From IMG/VR virus record IMGVR_UViG_3300027509_000003: a DNA stretch of 55,666 nt. The stretch is one strand, 5' to 3'. The position numbers and the translations under genes were made by a program. This document shows, piece after piece, positions 42,818-51,300 of the stretch (the first letter of the stretch is position 1; each line of letters starts with the position of its first letter). Below the pieces are notes generated by a model that had not been told where the DNA came from, ran no database searches, and saw only the letters and a list, made by a program, of their open reading frames with translations. Origin of the DNA: a virus.

Positions 42818-43218
42818 GCTTCTGTCCCATCAGGGAGGGAAACGACGGTCCAGAACTCGGAATTCCACAAAATCCAGTTATCCCGATTAGGAAACCGGAA
42901 TCTTCGGCACTCGATTTCGGTGACCGGTTCGGCGCGACTCAAACCCCACGTTCTGGCCTTTACTGTGCTTCCGACTGGTGGCGGCTGGGCAGGGTCGAGT
43001 GGCCAACCAGCACGCAAACGAAGATCATTCGGCGCAGTGCCGGGGTAGTCGAGATATTCCTTGCGCTCGTTGTAGGCCAGCACATAAAGCGAATCAAGCC
43101 ACATAACCCAATGCGACAAGGCCGCCCAGCCGTGAGGACCGAGAACGGCGACCACAATCCCGCGCCGCTTGCCGTGCCGCACCTCGTCCCCTACTACGGG
43201 AACCCGGGGAGCGGTCAT
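42814..43218 (-). CDS. Hypothetical protein
   Basis: 134 aa with ATGA overlaps at both ends. Confidence 0.55.
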   Translation of the reverse strand: MTAPRVPVVGDEVRHGKRRGIVVAVLGPHGWAALSHWVMWLDSLYVLAYNERKEYLDYPGTAPNDLRLRAGWPLDPAQPPPVGSTVKARTWGLSRAEPVTEIECRRFRFPNRDNWILWNSEFWTVVSLPDGTEA

Positions 43219-43403
43219 CCTCTGGCCCCTTCGATTTCCGCTGTCAGTTCTGCTTTGGATTCATCAGCGGCGGTGCGTTTGCGTTGGACCTCATGGCGTA
43301 CTGCGGCCAGCATTGATTCCTGCTCCCGCAGCTTGCCCATGGATTCGGCCAGTTCCAGTTCACATCGTTGCCAATGCTCATAGAGCGTTTCCTGTTTGGT
43401 CAT
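43215..43403 (-). CDS. Small coiled-coil protein
   Basis: 62 aa with ATGA overlaps. Heptad-like ELELAESMGKLREQESMLAAVRHEV. Confidence 0.55.
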   Translation of the reverse strand: MTKQETLYEHWQRCELELAESMGKLREQESMLAAVRHEVQRKRTAADESKAELTAEIEGARG

Positions 43404-43723
43404 TCTGGTGGGTCCTCCCCCTGGATGATCCCGGCCAGTAACCGGATCGCATCGTTCTGATGTTGGTCCAGATCCAGCTGCTCTATTTCCAAACGCTCCA
43501 CCAGGTCCATCCGTTCTTCGAGCGATCGGACCTGAGCTCCCAGGCGGGCGTCAGGATGGACCCACGGTGCCCTGCTCGGGACGACGGTGGGGGCGGTGGG
43601 GGCGGGTTGCTCGAGGATGGAGAGCCGGTCGTTGACGTTGGCGTGATGGTCCATGGTCACACCGACGGTGATGACGAACATGGCGGCGGCGATCATCGCT
43701 GCGGCGGCTGTGCGGGTGCTCAT
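43400..43723 (-). CDS. Membrane-anchored protein
   Basis: 107 aa from ATG 43723 (MSTRTAAAAMIAAAMFVITVGV). Alternative starts are 43735 or TTG 43762. N-terminal TM helix followed by a coiled-coil-like region. Confidence 0.5.
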   Translation of the reverse strand: MSTRTAAAAMIAAAMFVITVGVTMDHHANVNDRLSILEQPAPTAPTVVPSRAPWVHPDARLGAQVRSLEERMDLVERLEIEQLDLDQHQNDAIRLLAGIIQGEDPPE

Positions 43724-43809
43724 CGGTTTGGGCATCCGGGCCAGTGACGGACCTGCCCGCAAGCGGGGCAGAGGTCATGGGCGGCCATGTGGGCGAGTAT
43801 TCGTTTCAT
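43720..43809 (-). CDS. Possible 29-aa Cys/His peptide
   Basis: MKRILAHMAAHDLCPACGQVRHWPGCPNR. GGAGAG lies upstream and the stop makes an ATGA overlap with the next gene. Below the ORF-track cutoff and speculative. Confidence 0.3.
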   Translation of the reverse strand: MKRILAHMAAHDLCPACGQVRHWPGCPNR

Positions 43810-43874
43810 GCTGGTGAGGACTCTCCGGAATTGGTTGGTGCGTGCACGGCGGTCATTGTTGGATGATGGGCCGC

Positions 43875-44150
43875 TCAAACCGTTGGGGGGCACTGGTTGG
43901 CGTTGTTCTGCAGGAACGTGACGCGGTCTTGTAGCCGGCGGTTCTCGACGTGTAGTTCGGCGTTGCGTACCACCAGGTTCTCGATGCGGTTCCGGAGGCC
44001 GCGTAGCCACGCTTCGCCGCGGGTGGTGTCCCATGCCCCGAATACGAACGGGTTGTTGAGATCGCCGGCCAGGGGCATGTTGAGCATCATCGTTTCGACG
44101 TCGGCGGGGTGTTCGTAGCCGGCGGGCTGGTTTGTGGTTTGGGTGGGCAT
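43875..44150 (-). CDS. Hypothetical protein with a C-terminal coiled coil
   Basis: 91 aa with GGAGGA 6 nt upstream of ATG 44150. Contains LRGLRNRIENLVVRNAELHVENRRLQDRV. Confidence 0.6.
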   Translation of the reverse strand: MPTQTTNQPAGYEHPADVETMMLNMPLAGDLNNPFVFGAWDTTRGEAWLRGLRNRIENLVVRNAELHVENRRLQDRVTFLQNNANQCPPTV

Positions 44151-44185
44151 GGTGGTCCTCCGTTTGGTGTTGGGTTGTTGTCAAC

Positions 44186-44215
44186 CCATGATTATACGGG
44201 GTCTTATACGTCGGT
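44186..44215 (-). promoter_or_regulatory. Promoter with a TATAAG-ACCCCG-TATAAT core (leadered)
   Basis: The minus strand reads GTATAAGACCCCGTATAATCATGGG. The -10 is at 44191-44196, about 40 nt upstream of ATG 44150. It lies in the divergent region facing the plus-strand gene. Confidence 0.5.
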
Positions 44216-44291
44216 GCGCGGATTTGACCGGGGTCTATGATCCGGGTTGCCCTGGGCGGAGGCGCCCGGGGTGACACAGGAGGAAACACAT

Positions 44292-44780
44292 ATGTTGTTC
44301 AAGTACGTAACGGATCATCACCGGTCAACGGTCATTGAGGGGGTGACCGCGGTTCATATGATCGGCCGTGGTCTGCTCACGATCTCTGACCATACGATCA
44401 TTCGGGATCAGTCTCAGGGGGTAGCGCCGCCGAATGGGACGAAGGTGTACCGGTTGCATATCTGGTCTGGGCTCGAGGACGGCGCGGATGTAGGCCAGAA
44501 GTATTCGGCGCCGACGACGGTGGAGCACCACACCGCTCTGGTGATTGTGACGCCGCGGGATGTGGCGTATGGGTGGGTGTACCGGCTGAATGTCGAGGAC
44601 CGGCCGCTCGTGACGGTGCTGGCCAACCACACTCCTGACCCGGGTGATATGAAGGCGCGGGGGGCGTTCACGTTGAATGACCGGGGTGACACGATCGATA
44701 AACGGACCGGGTCGGTGAATCGGGCGACCGGTGAGCTGTTGGCCAAGGCCGTGGAGACCGCGGCGGGCTACTTCGGTTAG
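44292..44780 (+). CDS. Plus-strand moron-like protein, with a C-terminal domain paralogous to 34128..34373
   Basis: 162 aa from ATG 44292, with AGGAGGA 7 nt upstream. The VYRL motif occurs twice (KVYRLHIW, WVYRLNVE). It has its own downstream hairpin. Confidence 0.65.
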   Translation: MLFKYVTDHHRSTVIEGVTAVHMIGRGLLTISDHTIIRDQSQGVAPPNGTKVYRLHIWSGLEDGADVGQKYSAPTTVEHHTALVIVTPRDVAYGWVYRLNVEDRPLVTVLANHTPDPGDMKARGAFTLNDRGDTIDKRTGSVNRATGELLAKAVETAAGYFG

Positions 44781-44799
44781 CGGGGGTTGACGCGAGGAA

Positions 44800-44837
44800 C
44801 CCCGTCCCTGCCGCTCGGTTGTCGGTGTGGGACGGGG
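44800..44837. terminator. Hairpin between convergent genes
   Basis: CCCCGTCCC (44800-44808) pairs with GGGACGGGG (44829-44837) across a 20-nt loop. CTCTTCT follows on the plus strand. Confidence 0.4.
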
Positions 44838-44868
44838 CTCTTCTGGGCTGCAGCCGTAGACGGTGAAT

Positions 44869-45381
44869 CTATCCGGGACGATGGGCGGGGTGAGTCCGCT
44901 GGCAGGTTGGGCACCAGACCGACGCCAGGAATGTGGCGGTCAGGTCGCGGTGGTACGTGGCGCCTGGGGCGCGGCAGACCGGGCACATGTTGAACACGGC
45001 GATCGCTTCTCTCATCACATGTTCCAGGTGGGCGGTGGGCTTGGTGGTGGGTTCATCGTTCAGCGCGTGAGCCAGTTTGTCCATGGCGACCTTCGCTGCG
45101 CCGGCACTAGACAGGAGCACATCAGCGGCGGTGGGTCCGACAGGTTGCAGCTCATCGTGTAGTGGGGTAATGAGGCTCACATCGCAGTGCCCGCACAGAT
45201 AATCGATGTGGCCGTCACCGTCTTGGTAGTAGACCCGACCCAAACCAGAACGCCGGGCGTTCGCTTTGATCACGGTCTGGACCAGCGTCCTGTCCAGGTT
45301 GGGGCACACGATCGTGATCCGGTCTCCCAGGTTCAGGTCTTTGTGCCTGGCACGGGTCAGGGTGTAGGTGGTCACGGTCAT
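44869..45381 (-). CDS. Cys-containing (CxxC x3) protein
   Basis: 170 aa from ATG 45381 (ATGA overlap). Contains CGHC, CPVC and CPTC. Confidence 0.55.
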   Translation of the reverse strand: MTVTTYTLTRARHKDLNLGDRITIVCPNLDRTLVQTVIKANARRSGLGRVYYQDGDGHIDYLCGHCDVSLITPLHDELQPVGPTAADVLLSSAGAAKVAMDKLAHALNDEPTTKPTAHLEHVMREAIAVFNMCPVCRAPGATYHRDLTATFLASVWCPTCQRTHPAHRPG

Positions 45382-45689
45382 CGGGTGGTTCCTTGGTCTT
45401 GGGTGGTGCGGCTGACGCCGGTCAACCCGCATGAAATCTGGGTTTCGATCAGACTGACATCTAGGTAATCGCCATCGGGATCCACGACGTGGCAGATCCC
45501 GGCGTCTTCATAGTCAGGGTGGAACTCGAACAAGGCCATGCGGGGGAGCCCAGACGCGACAAGGTGGCGAACGGTCCGCCACGTTTGGGTTGTTTCAATG
45601 CTGAGATCTTCGACGGTGCCGGGCACGGTGACTGGGTGGGGCTGATCCGGCAGCCACACTTCGACGGCCGGGTAGGTGGTCGCTGTCAT
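45378..45689 (-). CDS. Hypothetical protein
   Basis: 103 aa from ATG 45689 (ATGA overlap with the small upstream ORF). Confidence 0.55.
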   Translation of the reverse strand: MTATTYPAVEVWLPDQPHPVTVPGTVEDLSIETTQTWRTVRHLVASGLPRMALFEFHPDYEDAGICHVVDPDGDYLDVSLIETQISCGLTGVSRTTQDQGTTR

Positions 45690-45862
45690 CGTGGTTGGCC
45701 TCCTCTTTCTCGGGGGATACGGGCCGGGGTGTGATCCCAGCAATAGTCATGCTGGTTGTACTTCGACAGGATGGTGTCGCACCCGGCACGTTGGCATGAC
45801 CGTGGCCCTTTGGTTTCGTTCTCGAGGTAGTAGCTGCGGGCGGTGCGTCGTGAGCTTCCCAT
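45686..45862 (-). CDS. 58-aa zinc-finger-like protein
   Basis: Not in the ORF track. MGSSRRTARSYYLENETKGPRSCQRAGCDTILSKYNQHDYCWDHTPARIPRERGGQPR. It fills the 172-nt gap exactly, with TGATG and ATGA coupling at its two ends. Confidence 0.5.
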   Translation of the reverse strand: MGSSRRTARSYYLENETKGPRSCQRAGCDTILSKYNQHDYCWDHTPARIPRERGGQPR

Positions 45863-46134
45863 CAGTTCATCCGTCGTTTGCTTCGAAGGAACGCTGCCTG
45901 GGTGGATTTCACAACTGGGTCGGCCAGGACATCCGGGTCAGTGGTCCGGGTGATAGTGAACGGGTCCACGGTCACGCATTCGTTCACGGTGGTGCAGTAG
46001 AAGCAAACCAGGATGGAGCCGGGGGTCACCTCCCCGGTTGCGTTGACGGGTGTCGCTGATTCGATCGTTGACCCGCAGCCAGTGCATTTCGCGCCGGCGT
46101 TGCGGATGTCGTCAATGCGGGGGTGGGTAGTCAT
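45862..46134 (-). CDS. Zinc-ribbon-like protein
   Basis: 90 aa from ATG 46134 (ATGA overlap). Contains CTGC and CFYC. Confidence 0.55.
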   Translation of the reverse strand: MTTHPRIDDIRNAGAKCTGCGSTIESATPVNATGEVTPGSILVCFYCTTVNECVTVDPFTITRTTDPDVLADPVVKSTQAAFLRSKRRMN

Positions 46135-46532
46135 TGGCTGGTCTCTTTCGGGTTGCGGTTGCGGTGTTGGTGCCAGTAGGCGTCGGGTTGCTGCCGGAGT
46201 TTCCAGGAGTCCCATACCCATGGTGGCCGGCCGGCTTCGACCATGGCGCCGTGGCGTGGTAGGTCGCCGGTGTCGACGCGGCGCTGGTGGCAGTCGGCGA
46301 TGAGCGGGCATTCGGTCCGGCATAGGTGCACGTGCCGGCGGATTGTTGGTAGGTCCTGGTTGTTCCATTCGAGGGCGTGCTCGAGGCACGGCGCCCGGTG
46401 GTAGGCGAGGCGTTCGTGCCATGGGCGGGGGAGCTGCTGCGGTGGCGGTTCTGGTTCTGGGGGCGGGTTGCGTAGGCGGTTGTATTGGCCGAGGGTGAGG
46501 GTCCCGTAGTCGGATGCGTCGTAGCGGGTCAT
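46131..46532 (-). CDS. Divergent WhiB-like four-Cys protein
   Basis: 133 aa from ATG 46532. PCLE..(21 residues)..LCRTECPLIADC gives C-x21-C-x3-C-x5-C. It lacks the canonical GVWGG turn. Confidence 0.4.
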   Translation of the reverse strand: MTRYDASDYGTLTLGQYNRLRNPPPEPEPPPQQLPRPWHERLAYHRAPCLEHALEWNNQDLPTIRRHVHLCRTECPLIADCHQRRVDTGDLPRHGAMVEAGRPPWVWDSWKLRQQPDAYWHQHRNRNPKETSQ

Positions 46533-47203
46533 CGGATTTCGTAGGGGCCGGGGGTCGGTGGGCGTTCCCCGTCCGGGAACGATGCGGAGTAGATCCCGTG
46601 CTCGAGGGTGGTGGGCCCGTAGACAGCCAGGCCGAGGCACGCGGTGCGGGCCAGTTCTGCGATGGTGAGTCCGATGGGTTGGCCGTTGGTGTCTTCGCCG
46701 TAGATCATGACGGGCCCGTAGATGTTCTGTCCCATGATCATGGTGGCGATGGAGCATTCACCCAGGAGACCCACCAACCGGGACCGCGCCTGTTCGTTCG
46801 GGTCGCCGGCCCATAGGCGGACCTCTACCCCGTCCTCAGCGTGGGTCAGGGTGGTGGCGTGGTCCGGGAACGGGACCGGCACCAACACTTTGGAACTGAC
46901 CCACACCGAGTCGCGGGGCCCGTTCAGTTGGGTAAGGAACGGGGCGGCGGACCTACCGCCCAGGATGACCAGCGCATAGCGGGGTGGTTCCGGTTGCGGG
47001 ACGGGTTTCAGGCCGGTCTGCTCTTGTTGCCATGGGTAGTTCCCATATAGGGGAGTTTCGCCGCGACCGTGGCACACGTCGCAGTCTCTGACGGTGTCGC
47101 CGGTGGGTCCGATCCCTGAGCCGCCGCAGGAACCGCACGGCTCCCACGTCACGTTCAGGTCACGCGGCGGCGGATGGTGTGGTGTGGATGGTGGTGTTGT
47201 CAT
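46529..47203 (-). CDS. DnaJ-type zinc-finger protein with an unknown C-terminal domain
   Basis: 224 aa. Contains CGSCGGSG and CDVCHGRG near the N-terminus. The ATG lies 7 nt after a TATACT box. Confidence 0.55.
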   Translation of the reverse strand: MTTPPSTPHHPPPRDLNVTWEPCGSCGGSGIGPTGDTVRDCDVCHGRGETPLYGNYPWQQEQTGLKPVPQPEPPRYALVILGGRSAAPFLTQLNGPRDSVWVSSKVLVPVPFPDHATTLTHAEDGVEVRLWAGDPNEQARSRLVGLLGECSIATMIMGQNIYGPVMIYGEDTNGQPIGLTIAELARTACLGLAVYGPTTLEHGIYSASFPDGERPPTPGPYEIR

Positions 47204-47230
47204 ACCCCCCAGTATACGGGGTGTTATAGA
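47204..47230 (-). promoter_or_regulatory. Leaderless-type promoter with a TATAAC-ACCCCG-TATACT core
   Basis: The minus strand reads CTATAACACCCCGTATACTGGGGGGTATG. The -10 is at 47211-47216 and the -35 is weak. Confidence 0.5.
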
Positions 47231-47327
47231 AACCCCAAAACGGAAAAGGCCCGGTGATCAGTCCCGAACCCCCACCTGCCATGGTTGGTTTGTTCAAACG
47301 TCACACCGGACCAGAACCCCGGGAAAC

Positions 47328-47480
47328 CTACTCGCGGTAGCGTGCCCGCACCCCGGAAGCGGCCAAGTACCAGTACATGACCGGGATGATGACCGCCAAC
47401 GCCACAATCGCTACCGCCGCGAGAGGGACCACCACAAGGTGGCGGGCCGCGCGCCGCACCGCGCAGGCTATGGCCGCCAT
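47328..47480 (-). CDS. 50-aa membrane protein
   Basis: Not in the ORF track. MAAIACAVRRAARHLVVVPLAAVAIVALAVIIPVMYWYLAASGVRARYRE. Its start overlaps the upstream stop by 13 nt. Confidence 0.4.
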   Translation of the reverse strand: MAAIACAVRRAARHLVVVPLAAVAIVALAVIIPVMYWYLAASGVRARYRE

Positions 47481-47884
47481 GACGCCACCCGGATCAGGTC
47501 CTCATTGACCAACGCCGCGACCGTGACAGCCGCCTCAGCGGAACTGAACACCAGGCGGGCGCCGTCCTCATCAGCGACAAACAAGTGATCACGATCCCGG
47601 ACCACCACAATCCGGCCGTCCACGACAACCGCGCGAGCCGCGATCGGTTCCGTGGGGAAGTAGTTGGTGCGCTGCTCCTCCTGGTCCGCTTCATACTCAC
47701 CCCACAAGTACTCGGCGTCCATGATCTCCCGATACGCCCAATGCCGGTACGTGTTAGCACCAACCTGCGGGATGACCACCTCGGTCACATATTCCTCGAA
47801 CACGCCCTGGTTGAGACGGTCCAAACGCTCCACCGCCACGGCAGCAGAGTCAAGGGTCATAACTGAATGTTGGTTGTTGTCCAT
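47468..47884 (-). CDS. Hypothetical acidic protein (MDN start)
   Basis: 138 aa from ATG 47884 (MDNNQHSVM), which lies 6 nt after a consensus TATAAT box. Confidence 0.6.
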   Translation of the reverse strand: MDNNQHSVMTLDSAAVAVERLDRLNQGVFEEYVTEVVIPQVGANTYRHWAYREIMDAEYLWGEYEADQEEQRTNYFPTEPIAARAVVVDGRIVVVRDRDHLFVADEDGARLVFSSAEAAVTVAALVNEDLIRVASWRP

Positions 47885-47919
47885 AACCCAATTATACGGG
47901 GGGTTATATGTGGTTGCAA
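47885..47919 (-). promoter_or_regulatory. Consensus leaderless promoter TTGCAA-N17-TATAAT-N6-ATG
   Basis: The minus strand reads TTGCAACCACATATAACCCCCCGTATAATTGGGTTATG. -35 at 47914-47919, -10 at 47891-47896. Confidence 0.7.
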
Positions 47920-47973
47920 CTTTTACCCCCGTCACCCACCCCAACAACAACACCGTCGACCAAAAAAGGTGGG

Positions 47974-48435
47974 TCAGGTGGTTGTTGGGGGGTTGTGGCA
48001 TGGGCATCGGATGGTGGGGTCGTGCATGTTGCCGCAGACGAGGCAGACCATTTGTTCGAATGTTTCGAGGAACAGTGAGCGGACGCCGGGTGCTGGTGGT
48101 GGGTTGGGGGTGATGGTGAGGTTGTCTACGTAGACGACTTCGGGGATGGGTGGGGTGCGGGTGAAGGTGGCCATGGCCCATCCGTGGTCGAGGGTTTCGG
48201 GGTGCATGGTGTAGCCGGTTTGCATGGCGAATAGTTCGACCTGGGGGATGAGGTTGGCGTAGAAGGGGGTGGTTAGTTCTATGCGGGGGTGGTCGTGTTG
48301 GTTGGCGTGTTCGAGGAGGCTGGCTATGGCGCCGGTTTGGTATCCGGCGACGAATGCGTCGTCGTTGTAGGGGCCGCCTTTGGATGTGACGGGTAGGAAC
48401 GGCATCACGGGGCCGTCGCCCCAGTGGTCAGTCAT
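47974..48435 (-). CDS. Hypothetical protein
   Basis: 153 aa from ATG 48435 (8-nt overlap). C-terminal CLVCGN..RCPCH. Confidence 0.55.
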   Translation of the reverse strand: MTDHWGDGPVMPFLPVTSKGGPYNDDAFVAGYQTGAIASLLEHANQHDHPRIELTTPFYANLIPQVELFAMQTGYTMHPETLDHGWAMATFTRTPPIPEVVYVDNLTITPNPPPAPGVRSLFLETFEQMVCLVCGNMHDPTIRCPCHNPPTTT

Positions 48436-48739
48436 CGTTGTCGTCGAGAATGACGGGCCCACCGGACCATGGCCAGCCGGCCACGTGTGGGGGGTGGTGG
48501 GGTGGGGTGCTTTGGTCGGTGTCGACTTTGCCGGCGATCAGGTCTGTGGCGAGGTCGTCGGCCCATCGGGGTGGGGTGGGGTTGTTGCGCATGTACCGCT
48601 CGATGACGCTGAGTGCTTCGGCGGTTTCGTAGCCTAGTTGGATGTGGGATCGTGACAGGCGCAACAGTTGGTGTGCGAACCCGGCGGTCATTAGGGCGTT
48701 GATAATAAGGGCCATGGCGTACAACAGCGCGATGGTCAT
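48428..48739 (-). CDS. Membrane protein
   Basis: 103 aa with an N-terminal TM helix IALLYAMALIINALMTAGFA. Confidence 0.55.
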   Translation of the reverse strand: MTIALLYAMALIINALMTAGFAHQLLRLSRSHIQLGYETAEALSVIERYMRNNPTPPRWADDLATDLIAGKVDTDQSTPPHHPPHVAGWPWSGGPVILDDNDD

Positions 48740-48745
48740 ATGTTG

Positions 48746-49015
48746 TCACTTTCTGGGTTGGTATACGGGTGGTTCATAGTTCGGGCATGTCGCGAAGTGC
48801 GGCATGTACCGGGATCGTTCGCCGCCGAACTCGAGCGACGGTTGGGATTCGACGACGGCCTGGCCGCGGTCGTTCATGTAGACGTTGCCGGTGTCGGTGG
48901 GGTCGGGGTCCAGCGGCATCCGTGATTTGCCGTCGGACGCTGCGGTGTGCGCCCACAAGATGCGTTGGTGGCAGAACCGGCATCGGGATACGGGTCCGGT
49001 GTTTGCGGGGCTCAC
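48746..49015 (-). CDS. Zinc-ribbon-like protein
   Basis: 89 aa from GTG 49015 (GTGA overlap). Contains CRFCHQRILW and HFATCP. Confidence 0.5.
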   Translation of the reverse strand: MSPANTGPVSRCRFCHQRILWAHTAASDGKSRMPLDPDPTDTGNVYMNDRGQAVVESQPSLEFGGERSRYMPHFATCPNYEPPVYQPRK

Positions 49016-49308
49016 ATTCGCTCCAGTTGGGTGTGGGGGTTTCGTTTGCGTTCGTTTTTGGACTGGCCTGTCTGAGTGTCTTTGCGGTTGGGGTGGCAGG
49101 CTCCGCAGACAAACCACCAGTCTTGGGAGCGGATCCAACCGCCCACGCACCGCCGGCGTGGCGGGTGGTCCCAGTAGGTGAGCACGGTGCCGGGGTCCAG
49201 AACGCCGCCGCGCCAAACGTCGAAACGGATCGAGTCGTCAGGGTCAGGGATCGGGCTATTAGCGATGATCCTCCGCCCGTACTTGTCCATGTCGGTTGAT
49301 TGCGTCAT
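49012..49308 (-). CDS. Hypothetical protein
   Basis: 98 aa from ATG 49308 (ATGA overlap). Trp-rich, with C..CGAC. Confidence 0.5.
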   Translation of the reverse strand: MTQSTDMDKYGRRIIANSPIPDPDDSIRFDVWRGGVLDPGTVLTYWDHPPRRRCVGGWIRSQDWWFVCGACHPNRKDTQTGQSKNERKRNPHTQLERM

Positions 49309-49484
49309 GCGATCCACCGGGTGTGGGGTGGTGGTGGGGTCATATCGACGCGGTGGGCGTCAGCGACGATGGTGCGGGTAATCCAGTCCATGTACTGGGG
49401 GGACATGACCTTGACGCATCCCACCAAGGTGATGGTGTACGGCGTCGGGTTGGTGGCCCTCACCCATTCCGAGCAATCAGTCAT
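49305..49484 (-). CDS. Hypothetical small protein
   Basis: 59 aa from ATG 49484 (8-nt overlap). Confidence 0.45.
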   Translation of the reverse strand: MTDCSEWVRATNPTPYTITLVGCVKVMSPQYMDWITRTIVADAHRVDMTPPPPHTRWIA

Positions 49485-49662
49485 CTTTGAACCGTTTCGG
49501 GGTCGGTTGAATTCGGCCGGTTTTCTCGAGTAGGTCAAGGTAGATCTCCATGCCGTATTCCACCAGGAGGGCTACGCTCACCGTCACTTCGTCACTGGCC
49601 GCGACGAGTCGGGCCCATAGTTCGTCATCGAGTTTGAGGGAATGGCAGTTTCGGTCAGTCAT
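49477..49662 (-). CDS. Ribbon-helix-helix-like small protein
   Basis: 61 aa from ATG 49662 (ATGA overlap). HSLKLDDELWARLVAAS resembles an RHH beta-strand plus helix. Confidence 0.4.
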   Translation of the reverse strand: MTDRNCHSLKLDDELWARLVAASDEVTVSVALLVEYGMEIYLDLLEKTGRIQPTPKRFKDD

Positions 49663-49994
49663 TGGCTGGCATGCGCTTGGGACGGAAACGCTGCATTCGC
49701 GAGGCATTGCGCCTTGGATGCGTTCAGGTGCCAATCATCGATGGTGACGTCATTGGTGGTGGTCGGGTCGAACGGGTCTTCGTACCAGGAGCACCCGCAC
49801 TCCGGATCGTCGCAGTCAACGAACACGGCCGGCCGCTGGCGTACTTCGGCCATCGCATTGTTGAACACCTCGCGCCATTCGGCGTTCGGCATCAAATCGA
49901 TTTTGAGGCCGGCCGGGCATTTGATCTCGAGACCGGGGAACGTCTCAAAGAACATGATTGGGGCGTTCGGACGGAACGGTCTATCGGTGGTCAC
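49659..49994 (-). CDS. Hypothetical protein
   Basis: 111 aa (GTG 49994, alternative ATG 49955). Contains DCDDPECGC. Confidence 0.5.
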   Translation of the reverse strand: MTTDRPFRPNAPIMFFETFPGLEIKCPAGLKIDLMPNAEWREVFNNAMAEVRQRPAVFVDCDDPECGCSWYEDPFDPTTTNDVTIDDWHLNASKAQCLANAAFPSQAHASQ

Positions 49995-50679
49995 GGCGGG
50001 AGTCTCTTTCTCGGGGGTGTTCGTCGCATCGGGGGTGGCGGCGTTCCTGCCGGTTCCGGGGTTCGATCGCCGGCCGGCGGCACGAAGGAAGTTCGCAGAC
50101 CGGGCATTCGCCTTCGCCGCCTTCTGGGTCGGGGCCTGCCTCCGGGGCCGGTTCCTGGTCCGGTGGGAGCCAGGCTCGGGCGGCTCTGGGGTTCAGCGCC
50201 TCTGAAACGTCGGCCACGTGGGCCGATTCCCACCCCAGTGCGTACCCCCGTGACACTTCCAGGATGCTCCTTTCGGTGAGCCCTACAGCCTCCCGGGTCC
50301 AAAGCCCAACGGCGGTGCCGTCTGATCCGGTGGCCGGGTCCACCCCGACCATGACGTTCTCCGGCACCGGGTCATAGGCCGTTCTCAGTTGATGCCGGGG
50401 GGGCGGATCCAGCAATGATTGAAAGATCGATCGCAATACAGGCAGTGCTCCCATCTCTGGGTGCTCCGCCGGTCCATCGATCGGGACTACTTGGGCGTGG
50501 GGCGTGACTCTGGGGTTCTGAGCCTGAGGGGGCACGTAGTAGAACGGCGGACATGGCGCCGCTCGTTGGGTTGGGTGATAGGCGAGCTCATCGATGTCGA
50601 GGCCGCCTGTGTCCAGCGTCCACGCGATGTCACGGTCCAGGTCATCACGGCGTTTCTGGCGGGACCTCTGATCAGGCAT
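49981..50679 (-). CDS. Hypothetical protein with a basic C-terminal tail
   Basis: 232 aa from ATG 50679 (8-nt overlap). Contains CPVCELPSC, followed by an Arg-rich tail. Confidence 0.55.
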   Translation of the reverse strand: MPDQRSRQKRRDDLDRDIAWTLDTGGLDIDELAYHPTQRAAPCPPFYYVPPQAQNPRVTPHAQVVPIDGPAEHPEMGALPVLRSIFQSLLDPPPRHQLRTAYDPVPENVMVGVDPATGSDGTAVGLWTREAVGLTERSILEVSRGYALGWESAHVADVSEALNPRAARAWLPPDQEPAPEAGPDPEGGEGECPVCELPSCRRPAIEPRNRQERRHPRCDEHPRERDSRRDHR

Positions 50680-50983
50680 CGGGATCACCCGCAGATTCCA
50701 TTCGTTCTGTTTCGGCGGACCGGACCAGGTGCAGCAGCGGGCTGACCGCGTCCGGGCTCATCTGATTGCTCGCGCCGCGGGCCAGGTCCTGTTCGTACTC
50801 GGCGCGGGCGGCGGCGGTCAGGAGCTGCATCGCGACCCGCCGGGCAGCTGCGGCCGGGCAGTTGCCTATGACGTTGCCGTGGTCAGGGGTGATCACCCGG
50901 ATCCTCACGAACCCGGTCAGCGACTCGGGGGTGATGCCGTGCTCGACTTCGATGCGGTCAAGGCCCATTAGTTGCCGGGGCAT
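50672..50983 (-). CDS. Hypothetical protein
   Basis: 103 aa from ATG 50983 (TGATG overlap). Confidence 0.55.
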   Translation of the reverse strand: MPRQLMGLDRIEVEHGITPESLTGFVRIRVITPDHGNVIGNCPAAAARRVAMQLLTAAARAEYEQDLARGASNQMSPDAVSPLLHLVRSAETERMESAGDPDA

Positions 50984-51267
50984 CAGGGCACCGGGGGAGA
51001 TGTCGGCGCGGTGGCGTGGTGGGAACCGTCGGGCTTGTATATGCCGGCGTCGTACAGGTAGCAGGCCGTCGAAGCTTCGATCAGGGTGGGGTAGTCCTGA
51101 ATCCATGTTTGGCTGCCGCCGGCGTTGTTTTGGTAGACGGCCCAACCGTGGGTGGTGCGGGGTGGGCGTTCGTTGACGTCGCCGGATGTGATGGTGCCGT
51201 CGTCGTCGATGAACCATCGGACCGCGAACCGCGGTTCGGGTTGGGTGGTGTCAGGGTTGTTGTCCAT
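50983..51267 (-). CDS. Hypothetical protein (MDN start)
   Basis: 94 aa from ATG 51267 (MDNNPDTTQ), which lies 7 nt after a TATAGT box. Confidence 0.6.
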   Translation of the reverse strand: MDNNPDTTQPEPRFAVRWFIDDDGTITSGDVNERPPRTTHGWAVYQNNAGGSQTWIQDYPTLIEASTACYLYDAGIYKPDGSHHATAPTSPPVP

Positions 51268-51300
51268 ACCCACCACTATAACCCCCCGTATAGGTGGTGG
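51268..51300 (-). promoter_or_regulatory. Leaderless-type promoter with a TATAC-G6-TTATAGT core
   Basis: The minus strand reads CCTATACGGGGGGTTATAGTGGTGGGTATG. The -10 is at 51275-51280. It begins right after the stop at 51301. Confidence 0.55.

Noticed and set aside
44181-44189. Two-codon minigene (ATG GGT TGA) immediately after a TATAAT box.
   Set aside because: The ATG begins only 1 nt after the -10 hexamer, which is too close to be a transcription start. The transcript more likely starts downstream and is a leader for the SD-equipped gene at 44150.
43720-44289. 189-aa minus-strand ORF spanning the 43.7-44.3 kb region.
   Set aside because: Its translation is Arg/Pro/Thr-rich and low in complexity. 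It overlaps the better-supported gene 43875..44150 in another frame and runs through the divergent promoter region. Only its last 29 codons are considered, as a tentative small ORF.
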